A stretch of DNA of 64,000 nucleotides from Oscillospiraceae bacterium (GCA_017848115.1 JAGAKZ010000002.1:50128-114127), one strand, 5' to 3'. Positions 1 to 12,616 are shown, counted from the first letter of the stretch. Made by a program: numbers and translations. The notes: generated by a model not told the origin, from the sequence alone.

Positions 1-420
1 GAAGAGAATGTAACGATCATAAATTCACCTGATGTACAATCAAGTGATGAAAACCCTGTTGTTTTTTATGAGATTGATGACGTGCTTGAACTTCCGCTTC
101 AGGATATAAGTACTGAAAAAGAAACCAGTTATTGTTTTGCTTTGACTGTCAATAAACCGGGATGGTTCAATGTAACAGTTACAGCATCTTCAGAGCTTGG
201 CGAACTCGCTCAGATACCTGTTACATTTTACAGTATGGGTACAGCACATGCTGTATTTACATGGAACGGTACAGGTGGAAAAGATGTTTCATATCAAAAA
301 GAAATCCCTATATATTCACGTTTTTCAAATATACGTCTTTATTTTGCTCAGAGTGGTCTTGATATGAAGAGCATAAAGTTTGAAAGAGTAGAAAAACAGA
401 TAGATTGGGAAAACTTATAG
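1..420 (+). CDS. C-terminal fragment of a protein, probably a GH3 beta-glucosidase (starts before the window)
   Basis: Frame 1 is open from base 1 to TAG at 418-420. The tail (..ASSELGELAQIPVT..FTWNGTGG..LYFAQSGL) resembles C-termini of rumen-Firmicute GH3 beta-glucosidases from recall; catalytic motifs are not in the window. Confidence 0.5.
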   Translation, partial: EENVTIINSPDVQSSDENPVVFYEIDDVLELPLQDISTEKETSYCFALTVNKPGWFNVTVTASSELGELAQIPVTFYSMGTAHAVFTWNGTGGKDVSYQKEIPIYSRFSNIRLYFAQSGLDMKSIKFERVEKQIDWENL

Positions 421-1914
421 TGAATGTCTGGCTGTGAAATTTGTATTTTTGAAAAATTTTAAGACCGAAATGTAGATAAGCAGGCTGATAACTGTGTATA
501 CAGACATTTGAAGTATGATATTCAGGTTGTTTAGGTGAAGTATATGGTTTATCATAGTGGAAATCTGCCATGATATCAGTATGGAAATAAGTGGTGTCAG
601 GAGATAACCTGAAAAAGTAAAATGTATATCATAGACTTTGGATATCACATTTATTCTTGCTATATTGCAGGCTATATTGCTAAGGTAGTATGAAACAGCT
701 ATACCGTAAAATCCCATGATAGGAACGCATATGAGCAATACGGATATTCTTATTATGTATTCAGCGAGATAATTTACAGAGGAAAAGCTGTGTTTTCCTA
801 AACCTTTAATTATCCCTTCAAGGACTATTTCAAGATATATAAATGGGATTACAGGTGAAAGAAGAGCAATCATTTTTCCTGCAGAGGTTTCTGCACTGAT
901 CAGAGCTCCTATTTCAGTACCGTATGTTGCAAGAATACTTACAATAAAAATTGAATATATTATAGTTTTGCTGACAACATCGCTTATCAGGTCAAGGTTT
1001 TTAATTTTGTTACCTGATAGGCGATGTTTTGATATTTCAGGAACAAGAATCATCGAAAGACATGACAGAAGCATTGATGGGAAAAAAATTACCGGAAGAA
1101 CCACTGCTTCGAAAATTCCGTAATAACTTAGAGCTTCTGATGTGTTACAGCCACTTTGTCTGAGAGTTATTGGTACAAGTGCATCATTTGCAGTACTTAG
1201 TATACAAGGAATATAACTGTTTAAAATAACAGGTATGAGTTTCACTACATATTTTCCAAAACTTATATTGATTTTTCCGTATGTATTGGCTTTCTTCTTA
1301 GGAAGTGATACAATAAGAATTATAAGGCATACCGATTCGCTGCAGATCGTACTCATTGCTATTGCCGTATAGACTGAGAAAATATGTCTTGGAATAAGTA
1401 TTCCTGCAGATACTGCCATGATAAATGACTTGATAAGAAAAGCTGCCGCTTCAGATACAGCAGGGATGATAACTTTTCTGTTTGCATGAAAATATCCTTT
1501 TATGCATGAGCCGAGTGCAGCGGCAGGAAGCGAAAAAGCCAGCATCCGTACAGCTGTTACACATGAGGGGTTTTTGATTATTTCATTACTTATCGGACGT
1601 GCGGCTATAAATACAACAATAGCTGATGAAATACTTAAAATAAGTGAAAAAATTACAGAATATCTGAAAATTTTTTCAGGGCAACCGTCTTTTTTTCCTT
1701 TTTCTTCAGCGACAAATCTGCTTGTTGAAACAAATATATTTCCGTTTGAGATTATGATTGCAAAAGTAAAAAATGCATATATTAGCGACATAAGACCGAG
1801 ATTTTCCGAACCGAGCATACGTGTTATAAATATGTTCAGTATAAGGGAGAGGATCTGTGTAGTAAGTTGCATCAGTGTCAAAAAAATTGTATCCTTAGTA
1901 ACGTTTTTTTCCAT
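415..1914 (-). CDS. SpoVB/MurJ-like MOP-superfamily flippase
   Basis: 499 aa polytopic membrane protein with LGSENLGL, GYFHA, LVPEIS and IIKGLGK motifs as in SpoVB-like proteins. Its stop overlaps the convergent gene by 6 nt. Confidence 0.75.
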   Translation of the reverse strand: MEKNVTKDTIFLTLMQLTTQILSLILNIFITRMLGSENLGLMSLIYAFFTFAIIISNGNIFVSTSRFVAEEKGKKDGCPEKIFRYSVIFSLILSISSAIVVFIAARPISNEIIKNPSCVTAVRMLAFSLPAAALGSCIKGYFHANRKVIIPAVSEAAAFLIKSFIMAVSAGILIPRHIFSVYTAIAMSTICSESVCLIILIVSLPKKKANTYGKINISFGKYVVKLIPVILNSYIPCILSTANDALVPITLRQSGCNTSEALSYYGIFEAVVLPVIFFPSMLLSCLSMILVPEISKHRLSGNKIKNLDLISDVVSKTIIYSIFIVSILATYGTEIGALISAETSAGKMIALLSPVIPFIYLEIVLEGIIKGLGKHSFSSVNYLAEYIIRISVLLICVPIMGFYGIAVSYYLSNIACNIARINVISKVYDIHFTFSGYLLTPLISILISWQISTMINHILHLNNLNIILQMSVYTVISLLIYISVLKFFKNTNFTARHSL

Positions 1915-2212
1915 ATTAACCTTCCTTTTGAAATGTATTTGTTTTGCCGTTAAATCGTTGCATTTATTAAATTATATGCTGTATTATGAATGTTCAAAAC
2001 AAAAATTGATATCAGAAAGATAAAAGTTATTATATGGATTATGATTTTGCGTTTTTTTTACTTTATTTGATAAATAAAATTTCTTTTTGGTATAAAGGAA
2101 TTAATCGGAAAATAAAAACAATTATTTCAGCGTCATTTTAAATAAATTTTACAAATGATTTTTGTGAAAAACTTAAAAGTTTTTAATTTTGAAAAATAAA
2201 GAATAAAATCTA

Positions 2213-2241
2213 TCGACAAATACAAAATAATTATGTATAAT
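2213..2241 (+). promoter_or_regulatory. sigmaA-type promoter of the LUD-domain gene
   Basis: TCGACA-N17-TATAAT. Confidence 0.6.
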
Positions 2242-2300
2242 TGAAGTATAAACAGTAAAATCAACTAAAATGCTGTTGAATTTATGAAGGGAGTTTTATT

Positions 2301-2969
2301 ATGGATGAAAATATGAAGAGTGTTGTTCTTAACCGCATAAACAGAACAGCGGCTGCACTTAAAAAGAACAACATGGAGTTTCACTATGCAGAATCAAAGA
2401 TGGAAGTTCTCACTATAATCAGCAATCTTTTAAAAACAGGGGATGTTGTAGCAACCGGGGGATCGGTAACATTAAATGAATGTGGTGTTATTGATTTTCT
2501 AAAATCGGACAAATATAAGTTCCTCGACAGAACTGCTATAGATACTGACAAGATGGATCAGCTGTACAGAGCTTCTTTTAACGCTGACGCTTACATATGC
2601 AGTGCAAATGCGGTAACAGAAAACGGTGAACTTTACAATGTTGACGGAAATAGTAACCGAATTGCCGCAATATGCTACGGTCCAAAATCAGTTATCGTTG
2701 TCGTAGGTTACAACAAGATAGTCTGTAACCTTGATGAAGCTGTAAACAAAGTAAAGACTGTTACAGCTCCTGCTAACTGCCAGCGCCTTACATGTGCTAC
2801 ACACTGCTATGAAAAGGGAAAATGTACTTCTGAAAGCAGAGGACTTAATTCTATCACTGACGGATGTGATTCTGATTCGAGAATATGCTGTAATTACCTG
2901 ATCTCAGCTCATCAGCGTATTAAAAACAGAATAAAGGTTATAATAGTAGGCGAAAAATTGGGCTATTAA
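2301..2969 (+). CDS. LUD-domain (LutC/YkgG-like) protein
   Basis: GGSVTL, SANAVTENGELYNVDGNSNRIAA, GYNKIV and a Cys-rich C-terminal cluster; RBS AGGGAG. Confidence 0.8.
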   Translation: MDENMKSVVLNRINRTAAALKKNNMEFHYAESKMEVLTIISNLLKTGDVVATGGSVTLNECGVIDFLKSDKYKFLDRTAIDTDKMDQLYRASFNADAYICSANAVTENGELYNVDGNSNRIAAICYGPKSVIVVVGYNKIVCNLDEAVNKVKTVTAPANCQRLTCATHCYEKGKCTSESRGLNSITDGCDSDSRICCNYLISAHQRIKNRIKVIIVGEKLGY

Positions 2970-2973
2970 AAAT

Positions 2974-3012
2974 AAAACAAGGAACAACAGAGTATGCTGT
3001 TCCTTGTTTTTT
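2974..3012 (+). terminator. intrinsic terminator
   Basis: AAAACAAGGAACA...TGTTCCTTGTTTT stem with T tract. Confidence 0.7.
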
Positions 3013-3045
3013 TGGGGAATAATTAAGAGAATGGAATATGAGACC

Positions 3046-3993
3046 ATGGGAAAGTATAAGTTTATTAAAAAAAGTATTTTGGGCTTTTGTTTGCTGATGA
3101 TGTGTGTACAGCCGTTAAAAATGGAGAACGAGAAAGTTGATGCAGATGTAACGGTTATACATGGAGATTTTAACGGCGACGGAAAAGTAAATGTTATGGA
3201 TAAGATATACGTCAAGCAGTACAAGCTTGGTGAAAGAACAACATTTCCGGTTACAAACTGGAGAGTAGCGGCAGGAGTGACGGATATAGGTTCAACGGTT
3301 TCTGATTTTCCTGATATAAACAAGTACATATTAAAAGCAGAAAGCGATATTTTTATAGGTGAAGATATTTCATGCTTTAATGGTATAGACGTTTCAAAGT
3401 GGCAGGGTGTTATTGACTGGAATACTGTAAAAGAAGCCGGTATAGATTTTGTTATGATAAAAGCAGGCGAAGGTCTCAGTATAGAAGAAACTTTTTTCAG
3501 AAATATAGAGGGTGCAAAAAAAGCCGGTGTGCAGTGTGGTATATACTGGTTTGCAAATGCAAGAACTGTAGAACAGGCAAAACTTGAAGCAATGGCTTGT
3601 AAAACAGTTATGACAAATTACAAACTGGAATATCCTGTAGTATATGATTTTGAATATCGTACTCTTGATAACAACAATCCATTGGCTACAGACAGAAAAG
3701 CCGCAACAGATGCAATAATTGCATTTCTTGATATCATTGCCGAACATAATTATTATCCTATGGTTTATTCAAACAAGGACTTTCCGAACCGCTATCTTGA
3801 AATAGAGCGTATAACGGAAAAATATGATTTCTGGTATGCAAATCTCAGTGTTACAACACCTGACGTGGAATGTACCATGTGGCAGTATTCTCACACAGGA
3901 AGAGTGCCGGGAATTCCTGAAATAGTTGACAGAGACTATTCATTTATCGACTACAAATCCCGCATGATAGAGCTTGGGCTTAACGGATATTAA
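3046..3993 (+). CDS. GH25 lysozyme/muramidase with N-terminal dockerin-like module
   Basis: Signal peptide, GDFNGDGKVNVMD Ca-loop, then GIDVSKWQG, YDFEY (DxE) and MWQYS of GH25. Start moved to ATG 3046. Confidence 0.85.
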   Translation: MGKYKFIKKSILGFCLLMMCVQPLKMENEKVDADVTVIHGDFNGDGKVNVMDKIYVKQYKLGERTTFPVTNWRVAAGVTDIGSTVSDFPDINKYILKAESDIFIGEDISCFNGIDVSKWQGVIDWNTVKEAGIDFVMIKAGEGLSIEETFFRNIEGAKKAGVQCGIYWFANARTVEQAKLEAMACKTVMTNYKLEYPVVYDFEYRTLDNNNPLATDRKAATDAIIAFLDIIAEHNYYPMVYSNKDFPNRYLEIERITEKYDFWYANLSVTTPDVECTMWQYSHTGRVPGIPEIVDRDYSFIDYKSRMIELGLNGY

Positions 3994-4004
3994 TAAAAAA
4001 ACAA

Positions 4005-4041
4005 ACGACTGTTATGAAAAAAGGAAAATCATAACAGTCGT
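4005..4041. terminator. bidirectional terminator between GH25 and metY
   Basis: ACGACTGTTATGA...TCATAACAGTCGT 13-bp stem flanked by A and T tracts. Confidence 0.75.
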
Positions 4042-4088
4042 ATTTTTATTGTTTATAACGTATTATATAAACTTTGTTGTGTATCATA

Positions 4089-5351
4089 TTAAACAGCGGC
4101 AAATGCCTGTTCAATGTCTGCGATGATATCATCAACATTTTCAAGACCAACAGAAAGTCTGATCATGCCGGAATCTATACCTGCGGCAACAAGCTGTTCG
4201 TCAGTGAGCTGTCTGTGTGTTGCGCTTGCAGGGTGAAGAACGCAGGTTCTTATATCAGCAACGTGAACACAGTTTGTAGCAAGTTTAAGACTGTCCATAA
4301 ACTTTATAGCATTTGCCTTTCCGCCTTTGATATTGAATGTGATAACACCACTGCAGCCATCAGGGAGATATTTCTTGGCAAGTTCGGCATTAGCGTTGCC
4401 CTTTGCTGTAGGATAGTTTACAGACTGAACTTTTTCATGAGTTTCAAGATATGCACAAACCTTCTCGGCGTTTTCACAGTATCTCTTCATTCTTACATGG
4501 AGAGTTTCAAGACCAAGGTTAAGAAGGAAAGCAGAATTAGCTGCAGGATAGCAACCGAAGTCACGCATAAGCTGCATTCTTGCTTTTATGATATATGCCA
4601 TATTTCCAAATTCTTTTGTATAGCTTACGCCATGGTAGCTTTCATCAGGTTCAGTAAATTCAGGATATTTTCCGTTTGCCCAATCAAATTTACCGCCGTC
4701 AACAATAACACCGCCACCCTGTACAGCGTGTCCGTCCATGTATTTTGTTGTGGAGTGGATAACGATATCAGCACCAAATTCGATAGGTCTGCAAAGAATA
4801 GGTGTAGGGAATGTGTTGTCTATGATAAGAGGCATATTGTTCTTGTGTGCAAATCTTGCAAGTTTTTCGATATCAAGAACTTTTATAGCCGGGTTTGCAA
4901 GTGTTTCACCGAAAACAGCACGAGTGTTCGGTTTTACAGCTTTCTGAAGTTCCTCTTCGGAAGCGTCAGCGTCAACAAAGATACATTCTATTCCAAATCT
5001 CTTTAAAGTAACAGCAAAAAGGTTTACTGTACCGCCGTATATTGTAGCGGCCGAGATAAAGCTGTCACCTGCGTTGCATATATTTAAAATTGAAATAAGC
5101 GAAGCTGCCTGTCCGCTTGAAGTACACATTGCGCCAACACCGCCTTCAAGAGCAGCGATTTTTTTCTCAACAGCGTCAACTGTAGGATTTGCAAAGCGTG
5201 AGTACATATACTCTGTAGGCATGTCGAAAAGACCGGCGATATGCTCTGTTGAATCAAAGCTGTATGTTGTGCTCTGAACTATCGGTACAACTCTTGGTTC
5301 GCCATTTTTAGGAGTATATCCTTCATGCAGACATTTTGTTTCAATTTTCAT
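4089..5351 (-). CDS. metY: O-acetylhomoserine aminocarboxypropyltransferase (Cys/Met PLP family)
   Basis: YSRFANPT, SSGQAA, HSTTKY (PLP Lys), HPASATHRQL, IRLSVGLE. Confidence 0.9.
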   Translation of the reverse strand: MKIETKCLHEGYTPKNGEPRVVPIVQSTTYSFDSTEHIAGLFDMPTEYMYSRFANPTVDAVEKKIAALEGGVGAMCTSSGQAASLISILNICNAGDSFISAATIYGGTVNLFAVTLKRFGIECIFVDADASEEELQKAVKPNTRAVFGETLANPAIKVLDIEKLARFAHKNNMPLIIDNTFPTPILCRPIEFGADIVIHSTTKYMDGHAVQGGGVIVDGGKFDWANGKYPEFTEPDESYHGVSYTKEFGNMAYIIKARMQLMRDFGCYPAANSAFLLNLGLETLHVRMKRYCENAEKVCAYLETHEKVQSVNYPTAKGNANAELAKKYLPDGCSGVITFNIKGGKANAIKFMDSLKLATNCVHVADIRTCVLHPASATHRQLTDEQLVAAGIDSGMIRLSVGLENVDDIIADIEQAFAAV

Positions 5352-5421
5352 TTATTTTTCCTCCTGAGTAAATTAAAAAAATCAAACCTTGTAAAGATCA
5401 AATAACAAGGTCATCATATAA

Positions 5422-5450
5422 AGTATATTATATAATTTAATTTGTGTCAA
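5422..5450 (-). promoter_or_regulatory. sigmaA promoter of metY
   Basis: TTGACA-N17-TATACT on the minus strand. Confidence 0.7.
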
Positions 5451-5602
5451 TAATTTTTTCAAAACTTTATTTTTAAAAGAGTTGAAATGTAAAAAAAGTA
5501 TTTATTGAAATATATACTCATAAAAAGGATTGAAATTACTTATTTTACATTTTATTTTCTCGGGAAAAAGTAATTTTTTATGAAAAAATACTCTGTGGGG
5601 GT

Positions 5603-5630
5603 TTGATTTTTAAATCAAATATGTTATAAT
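5603..5630 (+). promoter_or_regulatory. sigmaA promoter of the atp operon
   Basis: TTGATT-N16-TATAAT with extended TGn. Confidence 0.6.
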
Positions 5631-5663
5631 ATACATAAGCTTTTTAAGGAGGGTAGGTTTATT

Positions 5664-6053
5664 TTGGTAAATAAAGAGCTTTTAAAGGAAATAATGTTTA
5701 TTATCCGGTGTTCTGCATTTATTGATGTTGCAGGAATAATTATTGCATCATTTTACATCAATGTATCTGATGCAGTTTTTGGTTTTCTTCTTGGAACAAT
5801 ATTGCTTGCGGCTGATTTGTTTTTTATTGCTCTTAGTGTGCAGGACGCAGCAAGAGGTGCGTTGGCAGGAAGTAAAAACGGCAGTAAGAAGGCTGTTTTT
5901 TATTACATACTCAGATTTTTATTTCTGGGAGTGTTTCTGGTGCTTGCGCTGAAAATAAAATCTATAAGTTTTCCTTGTACGATCATACCGCTATTTTACC
6001 CCAAACTTATATATCCGGTAAAAGCAGTGATTTTTTCTAAAAAGGAGGGATAA
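5664..6053 (+). CDS. atpI: ATP synthase protein I
   Basis: Small 4-TM protein with YILRF motif, first gene of the atp operon; RBS AAGGAGG. Confidence 0.7.
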   Translation: MVNKELLKEIMFIIRCSAFIDVAGIIIASFYINVSDAVFGFLLGTILLAADLFFIALSVQDAARGALAGSKNGSKKAVFYYILRFLFLGVFLVLALKIKSISFPCTIIPLFYPKLIYPVKAVIFSKKEG

Positions 6054-6056
6054 CCA

Positions 6057-6779
6057 GTGGGTTTAAAAGAGGTAAACATAACAGGACCTAAAGTAGCATT
6101 CAGAATATTCGGGCTAAATGTTACGGAAACAGTAATTCTGAGCTGGTGTGTTATAGCTGTTATTACCGGGCTTATTTTGTTTATGACTCATAATATGTCT
6201 AAGACAAATCCGAGCAAAAAACAGATAGTAGCAGAGTGGATAGTGCAGATTTTCACAAATATGGTAAAAGACTCAATGGGTTCGATAAATCTGCGGTACA
6301 CACCGTATATGGCAACGATATTTATGTTTTCAATATGCGGAAGCCTGATAAGTTTACTTGGTTTGCGACCTGTAACAGGTGATTACAGCACTACTCTTGC
6401 ATGGGCACTTATCACCTTCGTTATGATAATACACGCAAAAATCAAAAACGACGGACTCGGAGGATATCTTATCGGTTTTACAAAACCTATAATAGTTCTT
6501 ACCCCCATAAATGTTATCAGTGAGGTGGCTACTCCGGTTTCTATGAGTATCCGTCACTTTGGTAATATCGCAAGTGGTATTGTTATAACACAGCTTCTGT
6601 ATTTTGCACTTACGATGGTGTCAAATGCAATAGGACTGGATTTTCCGATATTCACTATAGGTGTTCCGGCTGTTTTATCGGTATACTTTGATTTGTTTAC
6701 CGGATTTATGCAGGCATTTGTTTTCACGATGCTAACGATGGCAAATGTAGGTTCAGCTTATCCTGAACCGGAAAATTGA
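6057..6779 (+). CDS. atpB: Fo subunit a
   Basis: SMSIRHFGN with the conserved Arg; FMQAFVF. Confidence 0.95.
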   Translation: MGLKEVNITGPKVAFRIFGLNVTETVILSWCVIAVITGLILFMTHNMSKTNPSKKQIVAEWIVQIFTNMVKDSMGSINLRYTPYMATIFMFSICGSLISLLGLRPVTGDYSTTLAWALITFVMIIHAKIKNDGLGGYLIGFTKPIIVLTPINVISEVATPVSMSIRHFGNIASGIVITQLLYFALTMVSNAIGLDFPIFTIGVPAVLSVYFDLFTGFMQAFVFTMLTMANVGSAYPEPEN

Positions 6780-6852
6780 TAACAAAACAGTTATTGTATT
6801 ACCGCAAAGTATAATAACAAATGAAAAAATAATTTTTTGTTGCGGAGAATAG

Positions 6853-7116
<264 letters not shown>

Positions 7117-7143
7117 TCATTAAACTGAAAGGGTGTTGACAAT

Positions 7144-7653
7144 ATGCTTGATTTTTTATCAATTGACACAGGTACAATTGTATTAACACTGCTAAACACC
7201 TTGATTTTGTTTCTTGTAGTAAAGCATTTCCTTTTTGGCAGAGTAAATAAGATACTTGAAGAACGTCAGGCTGATGTTACAAAAACATATGAAGAAGCTG
7301 ATAAGGCGAAGGAAAAAGCAAAGGCACTTGAAGCTGATTACACAGAACTTATGGCAAAGGCTAAGGACGAATCAGCTGAAATAGTTAAAAATGCTACCAA
7401 GAAGGCTCAGGTACATTCTGATGAGATCATCAGCAATGCCAAGGCTGAAGCAAATAGTATCATCTCTCGTGCTAATGATGATATTGAACACGAAAGACAG
7501 CGTACTATGAATGAAATGATGAACGAAATCTCAGGAATTGCAGCTATGATGGCTGAAAAGATCATTAAAAAAGAAATCAATCAGGCAGATCATGAAGCAT
7601 TGATCAATGATTTTATTGAAAATGTGGGTGATGATGTATGGCAGCAGAAGTAG
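7144..7653 (+). CDS. atpF: Fo subunit b
   Basis: N-terminal TM followed by a long charged helix; operon position. Confidence 0.93.
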   Translation: MLDFLSIDTGTIVLTLLNTLILFLVVKHFLFGRVNKILEERQADVTKTYEEADKAKEKAKALEADYTELMAKAKDESAEIVKNATKKAQVHSDEIISNAKAEANSIISRANDDIEHERQRTMNEMMNEISGIAAMMAEKIIKKEINQADHEALINDFIENVGDDVWQQK

Positions 7654-8174
7654 CAAAGGTTTATGCAAATGCTTTGTTTGAGCTGTATCTTGAAAGTGGT
7701 GACGATGACAGCATCTATAAAAATCTCAACGAGATCGCCGGTGTTTTCAGAGATCACCCTGATCTCGTGAGTCTGCTTTCAGCTCCGCTCATAACAAGCG
7801 AAGAGAAAATATCCGTTGTATCAAAAATATTTGAAGATAACGGACTGGTGTATGATTATTTGTGTCTTTTGTGCGATAAGGGCAGAGCAGGGTATTTTAC
7901 AGAGATAACCGATGTGTTTAATGCAAAATACAACGAATACAAAAATATAGCCGATGTATTGGTTATAACAAGTATTCCGCTCACAGAAAATCTCAGGGAA
8001 AAGTTGATAAAAAAACTTGAGGGTAGTCTTAAAAAGACTATTTTACTTACCGAAAAGACTGATCCGTCAATTATAGACGGAATGATTATCGAGTATGATA
8101 ATAAACGAATTGACAACAGTGTGCGTTCAAAACTTGAAGAACTCAGAAGAAACACAGTTGAAATGAGAATGTAA
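7638..8174 (+). CDS. atpH: F1 delta subunit
   Basis: VAKVYANALF; DPSIIDGMII..RIDNS. Confidence 0.93.
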   Translation: MAAEVAKVYANALFELYLESGDDDSIYKNLNEIAGVFRDHPDLVSLLSAPLITSEEKISVVSKIFEDNGLVYDYLCLLCDKGRAGYFTEITDVFNAKYNEYKNIADVLVITSIPLTENLREKLIKKLEGSLKKTILLTEKTDPSIIDGMIIEYDNKRIDNSVRSKLEELRRNTVEMRM

Positions 8175-8199
8175 AAATAATAAAAAGAAGGTGTATTGA

Positions 8200-9714
8200 T
8201 TGAGTTTACGCCCAGATGAAATTACCGGTATCATCAAAGAACAGGTGAAAAACTACAAAAATAAGATAGTTCTGACAGATGTCGGAACAGTAGTTACTGT
8301 TGGTGACGGTATTGCAAATATTCATGGACTGGACAATTGTATGTCCAACGAACTTCTTGAATTTGAAGGCGGAGTATACGGTATGGCGCTCAATCTCGAA
8401 AGAGATTTTGTAGGTGCGGTAATGTTAGGCTCTGACTCAGAGATAAAAGAAGGTTCTACAGTAAAGAGAACCGGAAAGATCGTATCTGTTCCGGTAGGTG
8501 ATGATTTGCTCGGAAGAGTAGTAAATGCTTTAGGACAGCCTATAGACGGAAAAGGCGCTCTTGTAACAAAGGAAACAGCTCCTATCGAAAAGATCGCTCC
8601 GGGTATCATCACAAGAAAATCAGTTCACAAGCCATTACAGACAGGTATCAAGGCAATTGACTCCATGATCCCTATCGGAAGAGGTCAGCGTGAACTTATA
8701 ATCGGTGACAGACAGACAGGAAAAACTACTATTGCACTTGATACTATCGTAAATCAGAAGGGCAAAGATGTTATATGTATCTATGTAGCAATAGGTCAGA
8801 AAAGATCTACTGTTGCAAATGTAGTTGAAACACTTACTAAAGCCGGTGCAATGGACTACACTATAGTTGTTGCTGCTTCAGCGTCTGAACTTGCACCTTT
8901 GCAGTATATAGCACCATATTCGGGTGTTACTATCGGCGAATACTTTATGAACAAGGGTAAAGATGTTCTCTGTATATATGACGATCTTTCCAAGCACGCT
9001 GTTGCTTACCGAGCACTTTCCCTTCTCCTTAAACGTCCTCCGGGTCGTGAAGCATATCCTGGTGATGTATTTTACCTGCATTCAAGATTGCTTGAACGTG
9101 CATGCAGTCTTAATGAAAACTTCGGTGGCGGAACACTTACAGCGCTTCCTATTATCGAAACACAGGCAGGCGACGTTTCGGCATATATCCCGACAAATGT
9201 AATTTCTATTACAGACGGTCAGATATTCCTTGAAACAGACCTTTTCAATTCAGGTATAAGACCTGCGGTAAACCCGGGTATATCTGTATCACGAGTAGGA
9301 AGTGCCGCTCAGATAAAAGCGATGAAAAAAGTTTCTTCATCACTTAAACTTTTATATTCGCAGTACAGAGAGCTCCAGTCATTTTCACAGTTTGGTTCTG
9401 ATCTCGATCAGGATACAAAAGACCGTCTTGAAAAAGGTGAACGTATAGTTGAAGTTCTCAAACAGGGTAAAAATTCGCCTGTTCCGGTAGAAAATCAGGT
9501 TATAATTATTTACGCTGTAGTAAACAATTATCTCAAGGAAATACCGCTTGAATATATAGCTGATTTTGAAGCTGAGTTAAACAAATTTGTAGAAGAATCA
9601 TATCCGGATATTACAAAGTCAATATCTGAAACCGGTGAACTTACTAAGGAAAACGAAGAAACACTTAAAGATGTATTAAGTACATTTGTGAAAAAATACA
9701 TGGCTGATAAATAA
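8200..9714 (+). CDS. atpA: F1 alpha subunit
   Basis: [29 protein letters not shown]; TTG start. Confidence 0.99.
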   Translation: MSLRPDEITGIIKEQVKNYKNKIVLTDVGTVVTVGDGIANIHGLDNCMSNELLEFEGGVYGMALNLERDFVGAVMLGSDSEIKEGSTVKRTGKIVSVPVGDDLLGRVVNALGQPIDGKGALVTKETAPIEKIAPGIITRKSVHKPLQTGIKAIDSMIPIGRGQRELIIGDRQTGKTTIALDTIVNQKGKDVICIYVAIGQKRSTVANVVETLTKAGAMDYTIVVAASASELAPLQYIAPYSGVTIGEYFMNKGKDVLCIYDDLSKHAVAYRALSLLLKRPPGREAYPGDVFYLHSRLLERACSLNENFGGGTLTALPIIETQAGDVSAYIPTNVISITDGQIFLETDLFNSGIRPAVNPGISVSRVGSAAQIKAMKKVSSSLKLLYSQYRELQSFSQFGSDLDQDTKDRLEKGERIVEVLKQGKNSPVPVENQVIIIYAVVNNYLKEIPLEYIADFEAELNKFVEESYPDITKSISETGELTKENEETLKDVLSTFVKKYMADK

Positions 9715-9742
9715 TCTGCTGTTATTTTGGAGGTGACAGATA

Positions 9743-10606
9743 ATGGCTTCGGCTAATATGAAAGATATAAAGCGAAGAATCAAAAGTGTAAAGAGTACCA
9801 TGCAGATAACAAAGGCTATGGAACTTGTTGCTTCCTCAAAGCTTAGAAAAGCGAGGGACAAGGCAGATAGTGCGAAGCTGTTTTTTGATGCATTGTACGA
9901 TACTATGTGGGAAATAACAGATGAGAATGATACTTTTAAGTCGATTTATTTTTCAGGCAGACAGGTAAAAACAGTTATGTTTGTTGTTATAGCCGGAGAC
10001 AGAGGTCTTGCCGGCGGTTATAACGCAAATGTTTTAAAACTTGCACAGCAAAAAATAGACCAGACAGCAAAGGAATATGAAGTAGTTGTTATCCCTATAG
10101 GAAAAAAAGCGGTAGAATATTTTACAAAACGCGGATACAAAGTTGTTGCAAAGTATGAAAATATCGCTGAAAATATACGTATGAATTCTGCTAAAGAAAT
10201 CGGCAGCAAAATAATGGCTGCTTTTAAAAACGGCAATACAGACAGAGTAGAGCTTATATATACAGACTATGTTTCACCACTTGTACAGTTGGCAAAACAT
10301 AAAAGTATAATTCCTCTTGAAAAGCCTGAGGAAAAGGTGGCTAAAAAGCTTCATACATCATATGAACCGGCACCGGAAGCTCTTTTTGAACTGATAATGC
10401 CACAATACATTGCAGGAGTACTTTATGGTTCGATTGCTGATTCATTTGCATCAGAGCAGGCGGCCAGAAGAATTGCAATGGAAAATGCTTCTGATAATGC
10501 TACAGAGATGATAGACGAGTTGTCGCTTCTCTATAACAGAGCACGTCAGTCTACTATTACACAGGAAATTACGGAAATAGTCGGCGGTGCAAATGTTCAG
10601 GAGTAA
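9743..10606 (+). CDS. atpG: F1 gamma subunit
   Basis: QITKAMELVASSKL, DRGLAG, NRARQSTITQEITEIVGG. Confidence 0.98.
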   Translation: MASANMKDIKRRIKSVKSTMQITKAMELVASSKLRKARDKADSAKLFFDALYDTMWEITDENDTFKSIYFSGRQVKTVMFVVIAGDRGLAGGYNANVLKLAQQKIDQTAKEYEVVVIPIGKKAVEYFTKRGYKVVAKYENIAENIRMNSAKEIGSKIMAAFKNGNTDRVELIYTDYVSPLVQLAKHKSIIPLEKPEEKVAKKLHTSYEPAPEALFELIMPQYIAGVLYGSIADSFASEQAARRIAMENASDNATEMIDELSLLYNRARQSTITQEITEIVGGANVQE

Positions 10607-10623
10607 AAGCCTGAAAAAATTGA

Positions 10624-12035
<1,412 letters not shown>

Positions 12036-12036
<1 letters not shown>

Positions 12037-12443
12037 TGGCATCATTCAACTTGCAGATAATAACGCCTGACAAGATATTTTTTGACGGGCAGGCAGAACG
12101 TCTTATCGTAAGAACTACCGAGGGTGATATGGGTATACTTGCAAAACATGAAAATTTTGTAGGTGCACTTCCTTCGGGAGCAGTAAAGATAATGACAGAC
12201 GGTAATTATAAGGTTGCTGCTATATCATCAGGTGTTGTAAAGGTATCTGAAAACAAAACAACCATTATAGCCGAAGCTATAGAGTGGGCTGATGAGATCG
12301 ATATAGACTGGGCAAACCGTTCAGCCGACGAAGCTCGTGAAAAGATAAATGCTGCTGAAAGTAATAAGGAAATTGCATATGCCGAATTAAAACTTCAGCG
12401 TGCTTTAAACAGAATAAGCGTTCATACATCAAATAAAAAATAA
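12036..12443 (+). CDS. atpC: F1 epsilon subunit
   Basis: LQIITPDK, EGDMGILAKH, LQRALNRI. Confidence 0.95.
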
Positions 12444-12464
12444 AAAAAATTTTTTTATTATCAG

Positions 12465-12508
12465 GAGCGAAGACGGACAGTTATAAGCCGTTTTCGCTCT
12501 GTTTTTTT
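12465..12508 (+). terminator. atp operon terminator
   Basis: GAGCGAAGACGG...CCGTTTTCGCTC stem followed by a T7 tract. Confidence 0.8.
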
Positions 12509-12616
12509 GTTTACAATAACTATATAAAAGTGTTAATTAAAAGTCATTTGAAATAAAGTAGACATTATTATTCAATTCCTGATTGAATTGGTTAGGAAAT
12601 ATGTAGATTGTTACAG

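Noticed and set aside
4074-5006. 310-aa ORF antisense to metY, and the other short overlapping ORFs in the track
   Set aside because: Shadow frames of well-supported genes with no motifs or RBS.
5352-5420. SAM riboswitch or T-box upstream of metY
   Set aside because: The leader is only about 65 nt with one simple hairpin and no S-box or T-box consensus.
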